Shown piece by piece: positions 7,984 to 12,175 of a DNA stretch of 12,175 nucleotides. Under the pieces are notes generated by a model. That model was not told the origin of the DNA and did not search any database. It saw nothing but the letters and a program-made list of their open reading frames with translations. The stretch's first letter is position 1. Each line of letters starts with the position of its first letter. The stretch comes from a virus (taxonomy: Duplodnaviria > Heunggongvirae > Uroviricota > Caudoviricetes), in IMG/VR virus record IMGVR_UViG_2778261533_000004, positions 1-12,175 of that record; one strand, given 5' to 3'. A program made the position numbers and the translations under genes.

Positions 7984-10900
7984 TTAATCATCCTCTCCAA
8001 TATTTAGATTGCTGATAACCTGTGCAGCTTCGTGGTCATAGCCAACCGCTAAATCTCTTAAGGTAACGGCGAATCGCTGAAAACCAGCGTTTTCCACTTC
8101 TTCTGCTTTTGCCCGGAACTGGTCAGCTAGCTCTCTCTCAGGTTTTCCTGTTGGATCAACACAATAAACACCTCGTGAGTTGTAGGCTCCTGTCATGTAG
8201 CCCCTGCGCATACTCTCAGCATCTCGATCGTTGAGAGCAGCTGCGACCTCTCGGTTTATCCACAAGCCATTCGGATCGGAGGGAGTATAAATCAAGACTT
8301 CACCAACTTTGCTGAGTGCAACGTCCAGGTGACCTGATGCCGTAGAACCCTCCTTAACTTTCTGAAGCCATTCAGTAAAGCGTTCTCCGTTGAACGTCCC
8401 ATTTGATTGGCTTCCTGGCGGTGTCTTCCAGTTGTACAAAAGAGTCCAGGCATTTTTTGCGATTGCTTTCAATTCATCTGTTGGTTCACTTGTCATATTG
8501 TCTTCTTTGTCAGAACGATAAATGAGTTGGATTACTTCGCAGAAAAATTCTGGATCATTAGCCATTTTATTCTCAAGGAACTTAGGCACAGCATCTTGGT
8601 GACCATCGAGCAATGGAAGGTAAGCCCACTCGATCTGAAAAAGATTATCCGGATTCACTTTGGGATCAGTCTGAAGAAATTGGATAAGGGTAGTTATGTT
8701 GTAACCATCCATGTTGGAGCTAGATTCGTTAGTTGAAGTGGCAGCAAGCAAAGCGCGGATACACTGTTCAGTATCGATTGGCTGCTTTGTCTGATGCATC
8801 CTGCACAGGCAATTGATTGCCGCAAGTGGTCTGCCATGATCAATCAGCTTATCGATGGCACTAGTAAGATCACCTTCACCCAGGTCAGGATTTGCATCGG
8901 TGCGAGCCCAATATTCGTTCTCGGAAGCTTGAGGATAATGAGAGACTCGGGTCCAGGTCTCCTTGTTAAAAGGCAGATAAGCAAAGAATTGGCCTAACTG
9001 TTCAGGAGTCCAGTCAGCTTTATCCAGATTGTCGAACCACTCCCAGCCTTTGAGATAGAAACGCTTCCAAATAAAAGCGCTTACCAATGCCTTATACTTA
9101 TTTTCTTTTGTATTGAGGAAACGGGGCAAAAGAAGTTTTTCGAACACATCATCGTTGATAGTGCCGAGTACACTTCCTATTTGATGGGGCGCAGAAACGT
9201 GATCTGCAAATCGAATAACGCCTTCTGCGCCATCTTGCCTAAGAATTTCTGATATTGCGGATTCGCGCCTTGATTCGAGTTTATTTCTCCGTTCTTCCCA
9301 ATCGCCATTTTCTAAGTAAAGATCAAAATCTCGATTTGAAAAAAGGTGCTGATATAAGTTGAATGGATTGGTAGGTGCCAGTTGCTCGGCAACATTTTCG
9401 ATTTTGGTCAGCAGATCATCTGGTAAAGCCCAATTAGCATTAGAGAATCGCCGATGTTTATTTGCGAATCGATGAAGATGATCCCAAATTACAACTCGCT
9501 GCTCTTCATTAAGACAATTAATTGTTTCCGAAGAGAGGTGCTTAAGAAGATGTTCGAAAGCAGGAGATGGAAGGCTATCAAAATTATCAATCAACAAGGT
9601 AAGGCGTTCGATATCTTCTCCGGCGTTTTTGACGGCAAGCTCAGCATAAAAAGATGTCTGCAACCAGTAATCCTGATTAGTCACTTTGCTTTCCCAATCA
9701 TCTGGGATTATTCGGCGCCAAGAGGGCTTGTGTGACCCAGAAGAGGTTTGATGGTGACCGGGTAGAAGCTGGACGAGTAAATTCCAGGCAATGTCAGGCC
9801 ATTCCTGCAAGATGACGTTGACTGCAACTTTTCGTTTTTCTATAGATGCCAGCGTTTGCGGAAACCACGGTAATAATATAGTAGTAAGCGAGTTAGATGG
9901 TCGATTAGCCCACTTGCCCCCAGGATCGTGGCTGGCAAGTTCGGCCAGTACAACACAGACGCGTACTAGGTATTGCTCATCCCAGGCTAATTCTTCTAGA
10001 GCCCATAGCAGTCCTGTCAGATAATTACCACCAGTGATACCATTTACTTCTTGAGAAAAAAGCTCATCAAATACACAAGGAGTCTGACGCATTGCCTTCT
10101 CAACTGCATCAAGAAATTTTGCAGGAGCTGCTTCAGCCAAAGTTGGTAGCAAACCGTTTAGGCTACCCCATAAAACCCAGTTTGCATCAGTCAAAATTGT
10201 ATGTATTGCGACGTTAACGGAAGTTTCAGCATTCCCCTGAGAGCAGTTAACGCAAACCTCTGGCCGACTCCCGATTATGGCTAAACCCTCTGCTATACCT
10301 TGTCGCAGCGTGGATGAAAACTTCAGCACCTTACCATGAATACTAGCAGCGTAACGCTCTTCAGCAGGTAATTCGAAAGCAGGGTCTGGCTCTTTGAGTA
10401 CGGAAATCGCGGAAGACTTAAACAATTCAAGATTCTGATCAAAAATGCGGGATCCAAGAAGACTCCATAGCTCCATTCGATTTGTTACTTTCCAAATGCC
10501 GTTTTTTAGGGACAAAGGACTGTCTGGGCTATGTAAAATCTCTCGAGCCTTCCTTAGCCATTCGTCATAGCTGATACCAAGCAATTGGGTTAGTACATTT
10601 CGGTCACACTCATTTTTATCATTCCATTGCCCAATCAACACTGCTAAGGCTAAATAAGAGGCATCTGGGTGGTGAGTCCAGTCGGTTTTGACTACCGGTT
10701 GTACTAACCTCAACTTCTCAGGTATTTCAGCAATAACCCTTTGTTTGAAAACATCTAAAAGATCTTCAGGTAGCTTACTTGAAATGATAGTGCCAGCATC
10801 TTTATTCCAAGTTTGTACGATATCAACTATCCGCGACCAAACCCACTGAGGATACTGTTGATGGAATTGCGCTATGTGGGAGTGCAGCAAAGAAAGGACG

Positions 10901-11526
10901 ACGCCTGATTCATTACCCAGATCGTACCCTAGTAAATGGAAATGGTTCAAAAAGTCATAAAGCTCATCGTTTGTTAAATCGTTCCCACTGTTTGCCATCT
11001 TCAGATGAAACTGGATGGCCTCCAGTTTCTCAGTACTTTTAGGCGGGCTGAACTTGGCTTTTTGAACGTTCCTCAAAAATTCATCGACTGTTTTTGTGTG
11101 TCTAGCCTGATTCAATAACCAGAGCACATTGTGTGTATCGGTCGAACTGAGCGGACCGGTGATCAGTGCAATAACATCCTTGTTCTTGGTAAACAAGTCA
11201 GGATTGTTGAAATCGTTCCAAGCAGCCTGTATAACTTCCCCAAGTATCGCATTACCTTGCGTAAATGAAATAGAATGCTTTATTTGTCCTAATAGCTTCC
11301 GTTTTTCATTGCTGTTGAAATCTTTAACAACGACGATCAAGTCGTCGGTATCAAAACCATCAATCTTGCCCTGGAGATTTATCTCCACTATGGGCCAACA
11401 AGGAAGACAAGGTGCATTACCGCCTGTTAGCATTAGAGCAACAAAAGACGCTTGGACATGTGCTTCAAAATGAACACCGCCTCCGCCTGTAGAAAAAGGA
11501 TTACTCAAATTTTTTTTATTTGTCAT
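7984..11526 (-). CDS. Large hypothetical protein (~1180 aa), no family assignable by eye; candidate prophage accessory or defence gene
   Basis: Single uninterrupted minus-strand ORF of about 3.5 kb with coherent codon usage; many short antisense ORFs inside it are frame-shadow artefacts. Start assigned to ATG 11526 (MTNKKNLSNPFSTGGGGVHFE...); the tool's start at 11532 is a TTG two codons upstream. RBS is weak or ambiguous. Appears more AT-rich than the flanking phage genes, by eye only. Confidence 0.8.
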   Translation of the reverse strand: MTNKKNLSNPFSTGGGGVHFEAHVQASFVALMLTGGNAPCLPCWPIVEINLQGKIDGFDTDDLIVVVKDFNSNEKRKLLGQIKHSISFTQGNAILGEVIQAAWNDFNNPDLFTKNKDVIALITGPLSSTDTHNVLWLLNQARHTKTVDEFLRNVQKAKFSPPKSTEKLEAIQFHLKMANSGNDLTNDELYDFLNHFHLLGYDLGNESGVVLSLLHSHIAQFHQQYPQWVWSRIVDIVQTWNKDAGTIISSKLPEDLLDVFKQRVIAEIPEKLRLVQPVVKTDWTHHPDASYLALAVLIGQWNDKNECDRNVLTQLLGISYDEWLRKAREILHSPDSPLSLKNGIWKVTNRMELWSLLGSRIFDQNLELFKSSAISVLKEPDPAFELPAEERYAASIHGKVLKFSSTLRQGIAEGLAIIGSRPEVCVNCSQGNAETSVNVAIHTILTDANWVLWGSLNGLLPTLAEAAPAKFLDAVEKAMRQTPCVFDELFSQEVNGITGGNYLTGLLWALEELAWDEQYLVRVCVVLAELASHDPGGKWANRPSNSLTTILLPWFPQTLASIEKRKVAVNVILQEWPDIAWNLLVQLLPGHHQTSSGSHKPSWRRIIPDDWESKVTNQDYWLQTSFYAELAVKNAGEDIERLTLLIDNFDSLPSPAFEHLLKHLSSETINCLNEEQRVVIWDHLHRFANKHRRFSNANWALPDDLLTKIENVAEQLAPTNPFNLYQHLFSNRDFDLYLENGDWEERRNKLESRRESAISEILRQDGAEGVIRFADHVSAPHQIGSVLGTINDDVFEKLLLPRFLNTKENKYKALVSAFIWKRFYLKGWEWFDNLDKADWTPEQLGQFFAYLPFNKETWTRVSHYPQASENEYWARTDANPDLGEGDLTSAIDKLIDHGRPLAAINCLCRMHQTKQPIDTEQCIRALLAATSTNESSSNMDGYNITTLIQFLQTDPKVNPDNLFQIEWAYLPLLDGHQDAVPKFLENKMANDPEFFCEVIQLIYRSDKEDNMTSEPTDELKAIAKNAWTLLYNWKTPPGSQSNGTFNGERFTEWLQKVKEGSTASGHLDVALSKVGEVLIYTPSDPNGLWINREVAAALNDRDAESMRRGYMTGAYNSRGVYCVDPTGKPERELADQFRAKAEEVENAGFQRFAVTLRDLAVGYDHEAAQVISNLNIGEDD

Positions 11527-11845
11527 TAACAATCACATCCACATTTTGATTACGAATAGATGAAAAAGAAGAGCACTCATACTTCAGAACTTATTCCACC
11601 TATATCTTTTAAAGACACTGTTATGCCTAGCATTTACGTAGATTAGCTAGCTCTCGTAAGCAATGGCTATTGCTAAAATGAATAGTTAGGTTATATCCAG
11701 TATTTTATGCTGGCGCAAGATACCCTTCGGGCCTGACAAATTTTTGTAGGTCTGAGTCACCTCTTTCCGTATGGGAGCAAATTCACAGTGGTTTGAGGAT
11801 GCTAATCTTAAAGTGAGTAACGTCTTCATACTCCAAGGAGAGTAC

Positions 11846-12175
11846 GGTAATGACTCCAACTTACTGATAGTGTTTTATGTTCAGATAATGCCCGATGACC
11901 TTGTCATGCAACTCCACCGATTTTGAGAACGACAGTGACTTCCGTCCCAGCCTTGCCAGATGTTGTCTCAGATTCAGATTATGTCGCTCAATGCGCTGAG
12001 TATAACGCTTGCTGATAACGTGCAGCTTTCCCTTCAGGCGTGATTCATACAGCGGCCAGCCATCCGTCATCCATACCACGACCTCAAAGGCCGACAGCAG
12101 GCTCAGAAGACGCTCCAGTGTGGCCAGAGTGCGTTCACCGAAGACGTGCGCCACAACCGTCCTCCGTATCCTGTC
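11846..12175 (-). mobile_element. IS1 insertion sequence, partial (one terminal inverted repeat plus the 3' part of insB; continues beyond the window)
   Basis: ggtaatgactccaacttactgat at 11846 matches the IS1 terminal inverted repeat as I recall it. The downstream sequence encodes the InsB C-terminus on the minus strand. The other end of the element is outside the window. Confidence 0.9.
11861..12175 (-). CDS. insB: IS1 transposase InsB, C-terminal portion (5' part outside the window)
   Basis: Translation ...[98 protein letters not shown] matches IS1 InsB with several substitutions relative to the IS1A copy I remember. The reading frame is open to the window end; the tool's start at 12154 is an internal GTG. 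Confidence 0.88.
   Translation of the reverse strand, partial: DRIRRTVVAHVFGERTLATLERLLSLLSAFEVVVWMTDGWPLYESRLKGKLHVISKRYTQRIERHNLNLRQHLARLGRKSLSFSKSVELHDKVIGHYLNIKHYQ

Noticed and set aside
8407-11473. Plus-strand ORFs of 67-114 aa inside the large minus-strand gene (8407..8736, 8794..8997, 9454..9735, 9791..10024, 11129..11473)
   Set aside because: They are antisense to a continuous 3.5-kb ORF with coherent coding signal, have no RBS and no recognisable features; treated as antisense artefacts.
11461-11490. The Gly-rich STGGGGVHFE motif as a Walker A/P-loop NTPase or macro-domain signature
   Set aside because: There is no Lys-Ser/Thr after the glycines, so it is not a P-loop, and it is too near the N-terminus, with no preceding NAAN-like motif, for a macro domain. 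Left unassigned.
11560-11646. 28-codon plus-strand ORF (MKKKSTHTSELIPP...) in the AT-rich region upstream of the orphan gene
   Set aside because: No Shine-Dalgarno, very short, in an AT-rich promoter-like region where such ORFs occur by chance; no supporting evidence.
1-12175. CRISPR arrays, integrase/attachment core sites, rRNA genes
   Set aside because: No direct-repeat/spacer periodicity, no integrase-like ORF and no rRNA-like sequence in the window; the only tandem-like repetition is the coding Ala/Ser repeat within stf.

Overview
This window reads as the right arm of a defective lambdoid (lambda/phage-21-like) prophage in an Enterobacteriaceae genome, most likely Escherichia/Shigella. 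All identifications are from reading the sequence and recalling protein families; no search or computation was run. Left to right: a phage-21-type lysis cassette (pinholin, SAR endolysin, Rz with embedded Rz1), a hairpin terminator, bor on the opposite strand, three small right-end accessory ORFs (YbcV-, YbcW- and YlcI-like), then what I recall as the lambda right-end cos-proximal sequence joined directly to the C-terminal third of lom. The packaging, head and tail genes are therefore deleted. An intact side tail fibre gene (stf, about 1132 aa) and tfa follow. After a 360-bp non-coding spacer comes a roughly 3.5-kb gene on the minus strand encoding an ~1180-aa protein that I cannot assign to any family. 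It sits in the cargo slot distal to the tail-fibre genes and is bounded on the far side by a partial IS1 at the window edge. This orphan gene is the main candidate for something new (a single-gene phage-defence or other accessory function), but its function is unknown and unproven.
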